From: Candidatus Obscuribacteraceae bacterium
Lineage (GTDB): Bacteria; Cyanobacteriota; Vampirovibrionia; Obscuribacterales; Obscuribacteraceae
Direction: 5' to 3'
NCBI GenBank assembly: GCA_044226015.1
Contig: JBGAHS010000002.1
Coordinates: 369,570-433,569, forward strand
DNA: 64,000 nt
The translations under genes and the position numbers were made by a program. This document shows positions 40,152-49,717 of this stretch, piece by piece; the stretch's first letter is position 1; the number at the start of each line of letters is the position of its first letter. Under the pieces are notes generated by a model. It made no database searches. It saw nothing but the letters and a program-made list of their open reading frames with translations, and was not told the DNA's origin.

Positions 40152-41192
40152 ATGGACGACGGTAAAGGCAACGCAGGCGAAACAGCTCAGGAAGGCGAAA
40201 AAAACGGCTCCAGAAATACAGATGATAGCCTCAAAGGAATCAGCCTGTACGACCGAGTAATGTCAGACAAAACACCTTTCAAACACGATGTCCTAGCCCT
40301 CTCACTAGTAAGTGGTTCCACACATGCAGGGTTAGCGGTGATGGACCTGAAACTAGCGAAACAACTTACTGAGACTACAACCAAGAATGTCCTTAACGCA
40401 AAAGTGCCTTTCGGGGGTCACTTAAGCGGACAGTATGTTGAGCAAATGGTCAAAACCGATGCTAAAAGCGCGCTGGCGTTGAGCACCTTTGCAGATAGCC
40501 AGCGGGCCGCGACTGCCAATACGGCCGCCGTAAATGAATTTAGAACTGTAGCCAAGGAATACACGACATTCGGACCAGAAGTGCCAGGCGTTCCACGACA
40601 GCTACAAATTGATCGCCATCTTTTCTTCAACGGTTCTGCAAGTGTGAAATTAGGAAGAGGCACATCTGCAGCCGAATTCATTGGCACCGCTGAAGAAGTC
40701 GCCTCATCGCAAAAACTTTTTAGACTCGGCACACGCGAAGCCAACGCTATTCAATTGCTGGACTATACCAATCAGCAAACATCACCAAAAGCTGTACTTG
40801 CAAGAGAAGCGAGCTTTGCTGCTGAACGCGAGTTGGGAGCTCTAAAGCAATTACATTCGAAGATTGCAGGATCCAGTTACGCAGAAGTGAGCACACGAGC
40901 CTTCGGTAAAGGTTTAATTACAAGCGTAGCCTCCATGACCGCTGGCTATGCTGTTGACCACATAATCGGAAGCACTCCTACCAACGAGTCGATTCCACGA
41001 CTATTGATTGATGGTTGCATGGTGCCAGCAGCACTTGCGGGTGGACGATACAGAGTGGCTGCCGCAGGAGGATTGTTTGCGGCTTCAAGAGCAATTGGCA
41101 TACTTGAAACAGCGCTAGACCACCCAGCCCTGGCAAAAGGTAGATATGACGACATAAAACCAAGCGATGCGGTTCTGAAGGCAAAGCTCTGA
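40152..41192 (+). CDS. Hypothetical protein, tandem paralog of 38986
   Basis: Shared SL(F/Y)DR.M and VLALS.VSG.T motifs and C-terminal block. Confidence 0.8.
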   Translation: MDDGKGNAGETAQEGEKNGSRNTDDSLKGISLYDRVMSDKTPFKHDVLALSLVSGSTHAGLAVMDLKLAKQLTETTTKNVLNAKVPFGGHLSGQYVEQMVKTDAKSALALSTFADSQRAATANTAAVNEFRTVAKEYTTFGPEVPGVPRQLQIDRHLFFNGSASVKLGRGTSAAEFIGTAEEVASSQKLFRLGTREANAIQLLDYTNQQTSPKAVLAREASFAAERELGALKQLHSKIAGSSYAEVSTRAFGKGLITSVASMTAGYAVDHIIGSTPTNESIPRLLIDGCMVPAALAGGRYRVAAAGGLFAASRAIGILETALDHPALAKGRYDDIKPSDAVLKAKL

Positions 41193-41204
41193 CGTTCTGA
41201 ACGA

Positions 41205-41400
41205 ATCAGACTTAGTTCTAAAAGTATCAGACTTAGTTCTAAAAGTATCAGACTTAGTTCTAAAAGTATCAGACTTAGTTCTAAAAGTATCAGACTTAGT
41301 TCTAAAAGTATCAGACTTAGTTCTGAATGTATCAGATTTAGTTCTGAAGTATCAGCGTTGGTTTTTAAAACAGCAGCTTGAATTTTAGAACTAAAGCTGA
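41205..41400. repeat. 21-bp AT-rich tandem repeat (ATCAGACTTAGTTCTAAAAGT), about 7 copies plus one inverted degenerate copy
   Basis: Exact units at 41205, 41226, 41247, 41268, 41289; degenerate at 41310, 41331; TTTTAGAACTAAAGCTGA at about 41383. Confidence 0.92.
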
Positions 41401-41492
41401 AGTTCTAAGCATAAGCCTAGTTCTAACACTATACGCTGTTGCGTTCCAGAGACTTGGGGTGTTTAATTGCGATTTGATTTAAGGGTAATCAA

Positions 41493-42338
41493 TTGAGCAA
41501 TTCTGTACCAGACGAAAAACTGCTGGCACAACTTACAGCAGAATACGATGCGCAAGCTCTAACAGGAATCTTCCTGGCTGGAAGTGGTGCGCGCGGCGAG
41601 CTCAGCGAGTTTAGTGACATTGACATTGTTCTGGTGCACAAGGAGCAAATCCCCGCGGATCTTGCCGATTATAGATTACTTTATCGTGATGACAGGCTCA
41701 TCAGTATCCATCGGCGACAATTCAAAAGCTTACTCGATTCCTTCAATTCGCCCTTGAGCGCGATCAAAGTTGTTCAAGGGCTTCGTGATGCGAAAATTTT
41801 GCAGGACCATGACGGACTCTTAGCGAAGTTGCAAAAACAGGCAATCGAATTCACCTGGAGCGATGAGTTGAAAGGGCAGGCTCTACGGGAAGCCAGTTCA
41901 GAGCTTATGGGAAACGTTGAAGAGTTGCACAAGCTACTCAAAGGTCTGAAAAGTGATGATCCGTACACTCTGTTAAACGGAGTATGGGGAATTGGACTGG
42001 CTATGCCGAAAGTGATGGCACTTGTTCATGGTGTGCTCTCTCGCGGTGACAATGCTTTTTACAAACAAGTGCACGATGCAGTTGGTGCAGATTCAAAATG
42101 GACTGAACTCCACAAAATTGTGATTGGAGCTTCCAAAGACGAAACTGAAGATGCCTCCCCACAGAGAGACCTGGCGGGCGTTAAACCTAAACGAATTCCG
42201 CTTATTCACCAGGCAAAAGCAGCGATAAACCTTTTTGTGGAAACCGCAGCACTCTGTGATGAGCTTTTGTTGCCAGAAGACAAGCTGGTCGTTGACAAGG
42301 CACTTTCCATTGCGGAAAACTCGGGACTTATGAAGTAG
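41493..42338 (+). CDS. Pol-beta superfamily nucleotidyltransferase with helical C-terminal domain (KNTase-like)
   Basis: LAGSGARG...SDIDIV. Confidence 0.8.
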   Translation: MSNSVPDEKLLAQLTAEYDAQALTGIFLAGSGARGELSEFSDIDIVLVHKEQIPADLADYRLLYRDDRLISIHRRQFKSLLDSFNSPLSAIKVVQGLRDAKILQDHDGLLAKLQKQAIEFTWSDELKGQALREASSELMGNVEELHKLLKGLKSDDPYTLLNGVWGIGLAMPKVMALVHGVLSRGDNAFYKQVHDAVGADSKWTELHKIVIGASKDETEDASPQRDLAGVKPKRIPLIHQAKAAINLFVETAALCDELLLPEDKLVVDKALSIAENSGLMK

Positions 42339-42356
42339 CAGATAAACAGCGGAACA

Positions 42357-42460
42357 AATTTTTCTTCGCCGCCAGCCCGCAGATTTTCCTCAGAACTCCA
42401 CCGGTACCGTTCGAGTTTTCAATTTTTTCTTCGCCGCCAGCCCGCAGATTTTCTCAGAAC
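42357..42460. repeat. REP-like element copy flanked by a direct repeat (period 64)
   Basis: TTTTTTCTTCGCCGCCAGCCCGCAGATTTT x2 around AACTCCACCGGTACCGTTCGAGTT. Confidence 0.8.
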
Positions 42461-42554
42461 ACAGTCTTCGGACCCGATTAACATTAAAGGTCAGTTTCAT
42501 TGAATGAGGCTGAATCTGATCTACAATGCGCATGGAAACGGAGAAGGCTAACTA

Positions 42555-42851
42555 ATGCGATTGGACAAGTGGCTTAAACTGTCAAGAGTAATCAAGCGTC
42601 GAACAGTAGCGCAGATGGCATGCGAGCAAGGTCGAGTTTTTGTCAATGACAGAACGGGAAAACCGAGTACAACCCTCAAAGTGGGAGACCGCCTTCACAT
42701 AGAACTCGGAAACAGAGCCCTCACACTTACAGTTGCAGAGTTGCCCATTAAGGCACCCGCTGCACAAGAGGCTAGCCGCATCTACAATGTTGTAGAAGAA
42801 ATACGCCGTCCACGAGAAGACAAAGATTTCCAAGATAGTGACTGGGAGTAA
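42555..42851 (+). CDS. rqcP: S4-domain RNA-binding protein (RqcP/YabO/Hsp15 family)
   Basis: MRLDKWLKLSRVIKRRTVAQMACEQGRV matches the YabO/RqcP N-terminus. Confidence 0.8.
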   Translation: MRLDKWLKLSRVIKRRTVAQMACEQGRVFVNDRTGKPSTTLKVGDRLHIELGNRALTLTVAELPIKAPAAQEASRIYNVVEEIRRPREDKDFQDSDWE

Positions 42852-42856
42852 CTCCT

Positions 42857-43801
42857 ATGAAGAAGTTTTCTGGATTCGATTTTTGCATGATTGCTCTTGT
42901 GCTTGCGGCCGCCAACACAGTTCTGTGTGAAGAGGAAACAATTGCTGCAAAACCCGCGGCAAAATCTGCTGGTCCAAAACAGTACATCTACAGCCGTTCT
43001 AACCGGCCTACTAGCTCAAGTGCTCTGGGAATCACCGGCGTTCCGGCCTACGTGAATTTTCCAAATGGTTCTCAACAGTGCGGCGTCTACATCATGCAAT
43101 GTTCGCCTGGTGGTGCATGGTCAAACATGGGATTACGACCAGGACGCGTTTTGCTAACAATCGACGGGCGTACAGCGCAAAGCCCAGGTTCAGTAGACAG
43201 CGCTTTGGCAGGAAAATCAGGCAGCATAGACTACACCTATGCACGAATTTCTGATGGTGTTCCTGAACTTATTAAAAGCAGAGTGAACTATGGAGGCGCC
43301 AGTAGCGTCGGATTGGGAATGGCATTGCCACCACCCGGAAAGGCACCCACAAAATACGGAAATGAACTGGTGGAAGACAACACACCAATAGGTCAACTGG
43401 AAAGCCAAATGGTAGGACTGATCAATAAAGATCGGGGATCCAACGGACTGCCAAGCATATCCGATAACAGCAGACTGTCCGATCTTGCGCGAAATTACGC
43501 ACAATATCTGATTACCCATGGTGGATTCAGCCACGAGGCCGATGGACGAGACCCCCTTCAACGAGCAAAAGCAAGTGGTATCAGCGGCGGTATCGCAGAG
43601 AATCTTGCCTTTGAATCACGCATAAAACCAGACAAAGATTCAGTGATCGCGGCACAGCGCAAATTTATGAATGAACCTCCAAATCAAAAGAACCACAGAG
43701 GAAACATTCTCTGGACTGAGGCAAGATCCGTTGGAGTAGGAATAGTCCGAAACAAAAGTACTTTGATGATGGTACAAGAATTTTCAGACGGCACACCTTA
43801 A
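42857..43801 (+). CDS. Secreted PDZ-like + CAP (SCP) domain protein
   Basis: Signal peptide; GVYI...GLRPG..LLTIDG (PDZ-like); LINKDR, FSHE, AENLA, HRGNIL, VGVG, QEF (CAP). Confidence 0.85.
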   Translation: MKKFSGFDFCMIALVLAAANTVLCEEETIAAKPAAKSAGPKQYIYSRSNRPTSSSALGITGVPAYVNFPNGSQQCGVYIMQCSPGGAWSNMGLRPGRVLLTIDGRTAQSPGSVDSALAGKSGSIDYTYARISDGVPELIKSRVNYGGASSVGLGMALPPPGKAPTKYGNELVEDNTPIGQLESQMVGLINKDRGSNGLPSISDNSRLSDLARNYAQYLITHGGFSHEADGRDPLQRAKASGISGGIAENLAFESRIKPDKDSVIAAQRKFMNEPPNQKNHRGNILWTEARSVGVGIVRNKSTLMMVQEFSDGTP

Positions 43802-43828
43802 GTCACCGTTGCACAGCTTAAGGGAGTT

Positions 43829-43900
43829 GCAACCCATCCTGAGGCACTGCAACGCATCCTAAGTCCCCGCAACGTATCCTGAGCCAGCGCATCTTAAGGC
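43829..43900. repeat. 20-bp degenerate repeat, about 3 copies
   Basis: GCAACnnATCCTRAG at 43829, 43849, 43869. Confidence 0.6.
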
Positions 43901-43991
43901 AGAGCTACGCACCTTATTTAGCAGACAATAAAGCACCGTAACACACACTCTGTTCGCGCATATTTTAACGGCAATCCGCCAGCCGTGTGGA

Positions 43992-45197
43992 CTACTTCAA
44001 AGTACCTTGCTGGACTTTCACAGCTGAGTCTTCATTCTGCAAAGCATGCATAGCTGGTATCACATGAGAGAGAACTTTCTGCCCACCGGTAGGTCCAAGA
44101 TGTGCAGTATCCCAGAAATCGAAATGATTGAACTCAGGACTATCACCTATATCAACGAGTTTTACACCGGGTTGATTAGCGGCGGCAGCTATCTCTTGAC
44201 GAAAACGAGTATAGAAGCCAGTTGGCAACAAATTCCGATTTGTGTCTGACAATGGCATGTTAATCAGAATGACTTTGATTCCACGCTCTCTTGAAACCTG
44301 CAAAAGTCGTTTCAGAAAGCCCATTTGCATTCCCAAATCTCGATCAGCAATATCTTTGTATCGGCGAGTATATTCCTTCTCGCTGCTATCCCAACGATCC
44401 TTCATACCACCAAACATCATGAAGCCGGCATTATTGAAATCGACTTTCTTTTCCTTCTCGTGAATGCCAGTGGCAATATAAGCCATCTCAACACCCTTTC
44501 CAAATTCTTGCTGGATGCGAGATCTGTTCTTGTAAAAATAGCAAAGTCGTGACATCAAGAATTCAATCTTGTCCTGAAAGCCCGGCAAGTAAAGGCTTGC
44601 ATAGGGTGCCAGATTCTCCAAATTGACCAATCTCTTGAAAGTGTTAGTCGCCATGGGCGAAGAAAGATCGTGATCGCTGAAGTCGCGGGGGGCGATTCCG
44701 TACACTAAAAACTCGGGTGCACGTTCTTTCGTCAGGAACTCATTTACGTATATGAAAGCGTCCGAAACCATCTGACCAAAGATCGCAAAACTGAATATGT
44801 GCGGATCGTTAAACCCACCGACTTCTTTGATTTTGTTCTCAAAAACACGCGCACCATGATGATGGAATATGTCCGAAGTCGTAATCGGATCATAGGCTTT
44901 ATCCATTGACCAGAATGGAAACATCATCAAGGACGAGCCGAGCAAAACTATGTTCGGCTTCTGCTTCATTTTATAGAAGTCGTTTACCGTCAGATCAATG
45001 GACCCAGAGCCATGCCACAAGTCTGCTGAGCGCTTATTACTCTCAAGGCGCCAGAGCCCAGCATTGATCAGAGAAAAGATAATCAGTGCCCAGACCGCAG
45101 CCCGCTTCCATGATAAACTCCAGAAACCGCCTTGTGGCTGTTCCAGTTCATCAGCACTTTGCACACTCTTATCTCGTTTTTCGAGGGTTGAAGGCAC
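43992..45197 (-). CDS. Membrane-anchored SGNH-like protein (DUF1574/DltD-like)
   Basis: N-terminal TM; LLGSS block I; C-terminal FWDTAHLG (DxxH). Confidence 0.75.
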   Translation of the reverse strand: MPSTLEKRDKSVQSADELEQPQGGFWSLSWKRAAVWALIIFSLINAGLWRLESNKRSADLWHGSGSIDLTVNDFYKMKQKPNIVLLGSSLMMFPFWSMDKAYDPITTSDIFHHHGARVFENKIKEVGGFNDPHIFSFAIFGQMVSDAFIYVNEFLTKERAPEFLVYGIAPRDFSDHDLSSPMATNTFKRLVNLENLAPYASLYLPGFQDKIEFLMSRLCYFYKNRSRIQQEFGKGVEMAYIATGIHEKEKKVDFNNAGFMMFGGMKDRWDSSEKEYTRRYKDIADRDLGMQMGFLKRLLQVSRERGIKVILINMPLSDTNRNLLPTGFYTRFRQEIAAAANQPGVKLVDIGDSPEFNHFDFWDTAHLGPTGGQKVLSHVIPAMHALQNEDSAVKVQQGTLK

Positions 45198-45485
45198 CGC
45201 CTCAGGACTCCGCTTGACAATAACACCAGATTTAGCTCTTGTATTCTAGCGCTTTCAATTCTATGAGGCAGGTAAAGGGGTTAATCTTAAACGCAGCTAA
45301 TAACAAAAAAAAATCGACAGCAAAGCAGTCTAAATTGACCAGGAGTCGGACTCTTTAGCCGTCCTAAAAGTTACTCAGTATGAATTGATCTGCTCGAACA
45401 TCCTTGAGATTCAAGTGCCGAGCAAATAACAAATCCATATTGCTGAAAGGCAATTCATATTCGGCTAGCGGACCTTAGCCCGGAC

Positions 45486-45968
45486 TCAAATCGCGGATTT
45501 TTTCCTGGCAGCAAGCTCTTTGACCGGGTCAAAAGGAGCCACAGACTTAAAGGAGTTATAGAAACTAGTGATCTTTCCATACTGAATTTGCTGAGCAGCA
45601 AAAATAGCATTCTCAATTGAACTGACTTTATTAGTAGTGACAACGGTGAATTCTGGTTCCAGAGGTGGCTTCATGGTTCCAAAACGTGTCTTTATTTCTG
45701 CAAGCGTTTTCGCAAAAACTACTTCTACACTATTCTTCGAGGGATCAAGCAAAATCAATCCAGAGAAAGTCTTCTCATTTGACGGAATAAAAGCAAAAGC
45801 AACCCCGTCTACTGCGCTCATAAGATCAAGCACTCTAGGAACGTGGCAGCCGCAGTTCAAATTATTGACCTTGAAATCAACTTTTAGCAAATCACATCTC
45901 GGCTCACTGGACAGCTCCGCACTCGATGACTCTTCTATTTTCAAAAAAGCAATCATGGTGCTTGTCAA
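45486..45968 (-). CDS. Hypothetical protein with HMA-like motif
   Basis: FKVNNLNCGCHVPRV...AVDGV resembles an HMA CxxC loop; start uncertain. Confidence 0.5.
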   Translation of the reverse strand: MTSTMIAFLKIEESSSAELSSEPRCDLLKVDFKVNNLNCGCHVPRVLDLMSAVDGVAFAFIPSNEKTFSGLILLDPSKNSVEVVFAKTLAEIKTRFGTMKPPLEPEFTVVTTNKVSSIENAIFAAQQIQYGKITSFYNSFKSVAPFDPVKELAARKKSAI

Positions 45969-46058
45969 GCTAAAGCAAGAAAGCCAGGTGCTTCGCAGTC
46001 AGAAACTTTCCTTCCCGTCAACTTTAGTTCAAACAGCAGAACCAAGTTGCGAGCTTCG

Positions 46059-46167
46059 GCGGACTAAGCGTACTGCCTAGCCAACTGCTACTTAGCACCA
46101 GGTGAAGCGTGCGCGGACTAAGCGTACTGCCTAGCCAGCTGCGACTTCGCACCAGGTGAAGCGTGCG
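46059..46167. repeat. About 54-bp direct repeat, two copies
   Basis: GCGGACTAAGCGTACTGCCTAGCCA.CTGC.ACTT.GCACCAGGTGAAGCGTGC x2. Confidence 0.85.
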
Positions 46168-46279
46168 AACCAACGCTCATGATAATGTCCACTGACAGAG
46201 CGCAAACTGAAGACTTTTGACAATCACCAGCTGATGAGGTGATGGATGGAGCTACTTCTAAGGTAGTGGATGTCCTCAC

Positions 46280-47509
46280 TTAAAAACGTCCGATTTGCAT
46301 TTTGCTTCCTTGATTCTTAAAATCCTTTACCGAGATTGATATCAGATTCCCAAAAGTTCGCAAATTCTCCTTCCAGGGGTTGCGAACTGTAATAGTTCCG
46401 CCATCTCGTCCTTTAGGATTGAAGCCGACGACACTGTAGCAATGTTCGTCAATAATTGAGTCGTATCCTTTTTTAGTCGTGCCAACGCAGATCGGCCGAT
46501 TTGAAACCATCGCGGAGGAAATGATTTTGCCCAGTTGAGCAACGCTCAATTTATCAGTGTGGTATACGTCCGCAGGCTTACCTGTGAAATCCTGCATTAC
46601 TGTCTCAGAAAAGCCACCGTTATTCAGTTTCATTTGTGGTGCTAGAAGAAAATCTCGGTCCTTACGTTGCTGGAGAACACCATACGCCTTTTCTAGCACA
46701 GATACCCAGCTTCCTTCCGAGCTTGGGTTATTGAAAGCCAATTCCTCAGCCAAGGTTGGCTTGCCCAAGACAATCTTTGATTGTCCAGGAAACGACACAC
46801 TGTAGGTTCCATTTTTATTGTCTTCAATCATTTTGCTGATCGCTTTCGGATTAGCTTGAGCAAGGGCTGATATTGCGCCTTCAAAATAACAGTCACCTAT
46901 GCGTCCTTGTTTTCCAACATATGCGGTGACATCCTTCTCTGGATTTGCCTTATGCACAAATGCCGGCAGCCCCTCACTCGAGCTCAGCAGCCAGTTTCGT
47001 TCGACGGCAACCTGGGAAGCAAAAAGATTGTTTATTGCAGTTTGCGCATGAACAACTTTTTCAGCTTCGACCTTAAGTTCACTTTTGCTGATTGGACCAT
47101 TCTCCAAGATGCGTTCACGCAGGTCATCGCACATTGATCCCGAAAGCCTATTCATTTCGTCACGCGACAACCGATGATCGTTGTTTGCGTCCAGCATCGC
47201 GAATTTCTTACCTACGTCAGACAGCATATCCGCGTGCTTATGGCTCAGGTCGTCCATCTTCGCAGCTTCATCAATCATCTTGTCGAATTCCGCCACCGAC
47301 AGATTCGGCAAACCAAGCTCGTCACTTTCGGCTCTGTAAGCGGCAATCATAGCTACGGTTGTAGCATCTTGCAATTTTAGAGAAGGACACGAAAGAGCCT
47401 TTGCTAGCTCGTTGTCTTGTATTATGGAATCATGGTTGTCGTCAAACTTGCGAAGAACTCTTTGAACATCATCAGAGACGTCTTGAACCCTAGCGGCCAA
47501 CATTTTCAT
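46280..47509 (-). CDS. EF-hand-containing calpain-like (C2) cysteine protease
   Basis: EF loops DDNHDSIIQDNE and DANNDHRLSRDE; QGRIGDCYF, WVSVLEKAY, HCYSV, RNPW; GGAGG RBS. Confidence 0.85.
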   Translation of the reverse strand: MKMLAARVQDVSDDVQRVLRKFDDNHDSIIQDNELAKALSCPSLKLQDATTVAMIAAYRAESDELGLPNLSVAEFDKMIDEAAKMDDLSHKHADMLSDVGKKFAMLDANNDHRLSRDEMNRLSGSMCDDLRERILENGPISKSELKVEAEKVVHAQTAINNLFASQVAVERNWLLSSSEGLPAFVHKANPEKDVTAYVGKQGRIGDCYFEGAISALAQANPKAISKMIEDNKNGTYSVSFPGQSKIVLGKPTLAEELAFNNPSSEGSWVSVLEKAYGVLQQRKDRDFLLAPQMKLNNGGFSETVMQDFTGKPADVYHTDKLSVAQLGKIISSAMVSNRPICVGTTKKGYDSIIDEHCYSVVGFNPKGRDGGTITVRNPWKENLRTFGNLISISVKDFKNQGSKMQIGRF

Positions 47510-47661
47510 AAAGTATTCCTCCGTTCATGAGGAATACTAGTCTCGAAATTTGAAACTTAGTTGAAAACAGAGCAGTATGGCAGTCCTCAGGTTCAATCTT
47601 TCGCAAGAGACCTGATGCTGAAATGGACCAGTTTGCGATCCGCGTAGCCAGACCGGTTTAG

Positions 47662-47730
47662 GGAGCCGCGCAAGCTTAGACACTGTTCGGAGCCGCGCAA
47701 CCTTAGACACTGTTCGGAGCCGCGCAACCA
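47662..47730. repeat. 27-bp tandem repeat, about 2.5 copies
   Basis: GGAGCCGCGCAA.CTTAGACACTGTTC repeated. Confidence 0.8.
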
Positions 47731-47740
47731 GGAACAGGTT

Positions 47741-48772
47741 TTAGATACTGTTGGGGTCGGCGTAACCAGGAACATCTTTTAGCTGCCCGCTATCCTCAGC
47801 TCGATTTGTTTCAATTTGAATCTGGGGGATCCGACCCGGGAGTCCACTGGAACCGCCACTGCGTTCAATCATTTTGTTCGTTTTGGGATCGAAAGTAAAA
47901 GACTTACTGAATGAGCGAACAGTTCCGCCTGGCACCTGCATCATTTGTTGATTCTTTGGATCCTGCATACTACGAAGCAATTGACTCATTTGCTGCATCT
48001 GTTGTTGCATTTGCTTTTGCATGCCACCAAATGAGGTATCACCGAAAATATTTCCGAATGGCATCATCAAGCCAAAATCGGGCACTGTTCCATCTAGATC
48101 TGGAGCGTCCGCAATTGGTGGAGTGGAATCCATCGGCACTTCAAAACCATCAGCCGCCCCGCGTCTAGCCTTAGGCATGGGACCCGTTGCAGTGATGCCA
48201 TCGTTTGGATTCAAATTCATACCAATTCCAACGACCTTCTTCAGCCTTTCCACTCGGTCTGCATAAGCCATAGTTTCAGCTGGCTGACCGAACATCTTGC
48301 TTTCGAGGCGACCTAAGCGCTGGTCTAAGGATTCGTCTGGGAAAGTCTTTTTCAGAGTCTTCCATTCAAGTGTGTTCAAAATTGGATACTGCTTCGAGGT
48401 CTGAGGCGGCTTAGCATCTTTGTCTTTTGAAGAAGTTATGGCGGTAGCACCTTTCTCCTGGGCGATAGGCTGTTGGGACCGGGTAGCCACAGTTTTTTGA
48501 AGGCGCCCCAATCTTTCTGTGTTAGTGCCTTCTCGGCTGCTACCATACACAAGACACTCCAATCGCTCAAGGCGCTTCTCTACAGGATCATGAGTGTAAG
48601 CCTGTGAGAAATAGCGAGTTTCCAGCAATGCCAAATCACCCACATTAACTGAATTCGACGTGACTGGCTCCGCAGCAAAGACGGCTGCGCCAGATGCTCC
48701 GATTAGCAGGACGGCTAAACTGAGCTGAACGAAGCTCTTATTGAAACGTGCACCCATGAAAACAACTCCCAT
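47741..48772 (-). CDS. Secreted hypothetical protein with (R)LERLE..(V/M)(Y/F)G repeats
   Basis: Signal peptide; KRLERLECLVYG and QRLGRLESKMFG repeats; Gln/Met-rich C-terminus. Confidence 0.75.
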   Translation of the reverse strand: MGVVFMGARFNKSFVQLSLAVLLIGASGAAVFAAEPVTSNSVNVGDLALLETRYFSQAYTHDPVEKRLERLECLVYGSSREGTNTERLGRLQKTVATRSQQPIAQEKGATAITSSKDKDAKPPQTSKQYPILNTLEWKTLKKTFPDESLDQRLGRLESKMFGQPAETMAYADRVERLKKVVGIGMNLNPNDGITATGPMPKARRGAADGFEVPMDSTPPIADAPDLDGTVPDFGLMMPFGNIFGDTSFGGMQKQMQQQMQQMSQLLRSMQDPKNQQMMQVPGGTVRSFSKSFTFDPKTNKMIERSGGSSGLPGRIPQIQIETNRAEDSGQLKDVPGYADPNSI

Positions 48773-49073
48773 GTCTCTAAATCCGGCACCTAAAAAGCCG
48801 ACGTCCTTATATCCATTGTGTTCCCACCCCAGCCCTCAGTCAAGTGAATACTGGGATATTATTAATATTGCACTGCGGGAGCCTATTCGCCCACAGTAAA
48901 AATGCTGAGTTTTCGTCAGGAACATGACTGTCAGGCAAGCAACGGATTAATAGAGACGATCTGCGCCAACGTCCTGAGGCGCTGGGGTTTGAGGCAAAAT
49001 GTCCATTGCTTCTGGTTATTGATCGCGGCTAGACCCAGCTCCCGCTTCATAGCCATCGAAGGCGACGGCGGCA

Positions 49074-49570
49074 CCAGGTTTCGAGATAGGGCTGGAAACA
49101 CCGGAGCCCGGTACCGAGACAGCGGAACCAGTTTCGGGAGACGCCGGAGCCAGGTTCCGAGACAGTGGAACCAGGTCCGAGAAGCGGAGCCAGGTCCCGA
49201 GCCAGCGGAGCCAGGTTTCGAGCCTGCGGAGCCAGGTCCCGAGCCAGCGGAGCCAGGTCCCGAGCCAGCGGAGCCAGGTCCCGAGCCATCGGAGCCAGGT
49301 CCCGAGCCAGCGGAGCCAGGTCCCGAGCCAGCGGAGCCAGGTCCCGAGCCAGCGGAGCCAGGTCCCGAGCCAGCGGAGCCAGGTCCCGAGCCAGCGGAGC
49401 CAGGTCAGAGCCTACGGAGCCAGGTCCCGAGATAAGGCTGGAAACACCGGAGCCAGGGCTCGAGACGACAACGGAGGTCCGGAGGCAGGTCCCGAGACAG
49501 CGTGTCCAGGTTTCGAGATAGGTCTGGAAACACCGGAGCCGGGCTCGAGACAACAACGGAGGTCCGGAGG
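49074..49570. repeat. Composite GC-rich repeat: 21-bp VNTR (about 11-12 copies) inside longer degenerate repeats
   Basis: GCGGAGCCAGGTCCCGAGCCA units at about 49184-49430; CGAGATA.G.CTGGAAACACCGGAGCC at about 49082, 49428, 49514. Confidence 0.9.
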
Positions 49571-49717
49571 CATGATTGTCGGCTAAGGTTCAGCCGCAGC
49601 CTCCAGCAGCATTCAGACAACATAAAAACAAGCGGACACGGCGAAAGAACAACGGAGTCAAAATCAAACAGATTCCGCCAAGAGGATATAATCCCTTGCA
49701 ATTCGCGGAGATTCACG

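Noticed and set aside
48902..49556. ORFs encoding PEPAEPG / ARSRASG / LARDLAP repeats
   Set aside because: Open frames arise from a stop-free 21-bp VNTR on both strands; no RBS or domain context
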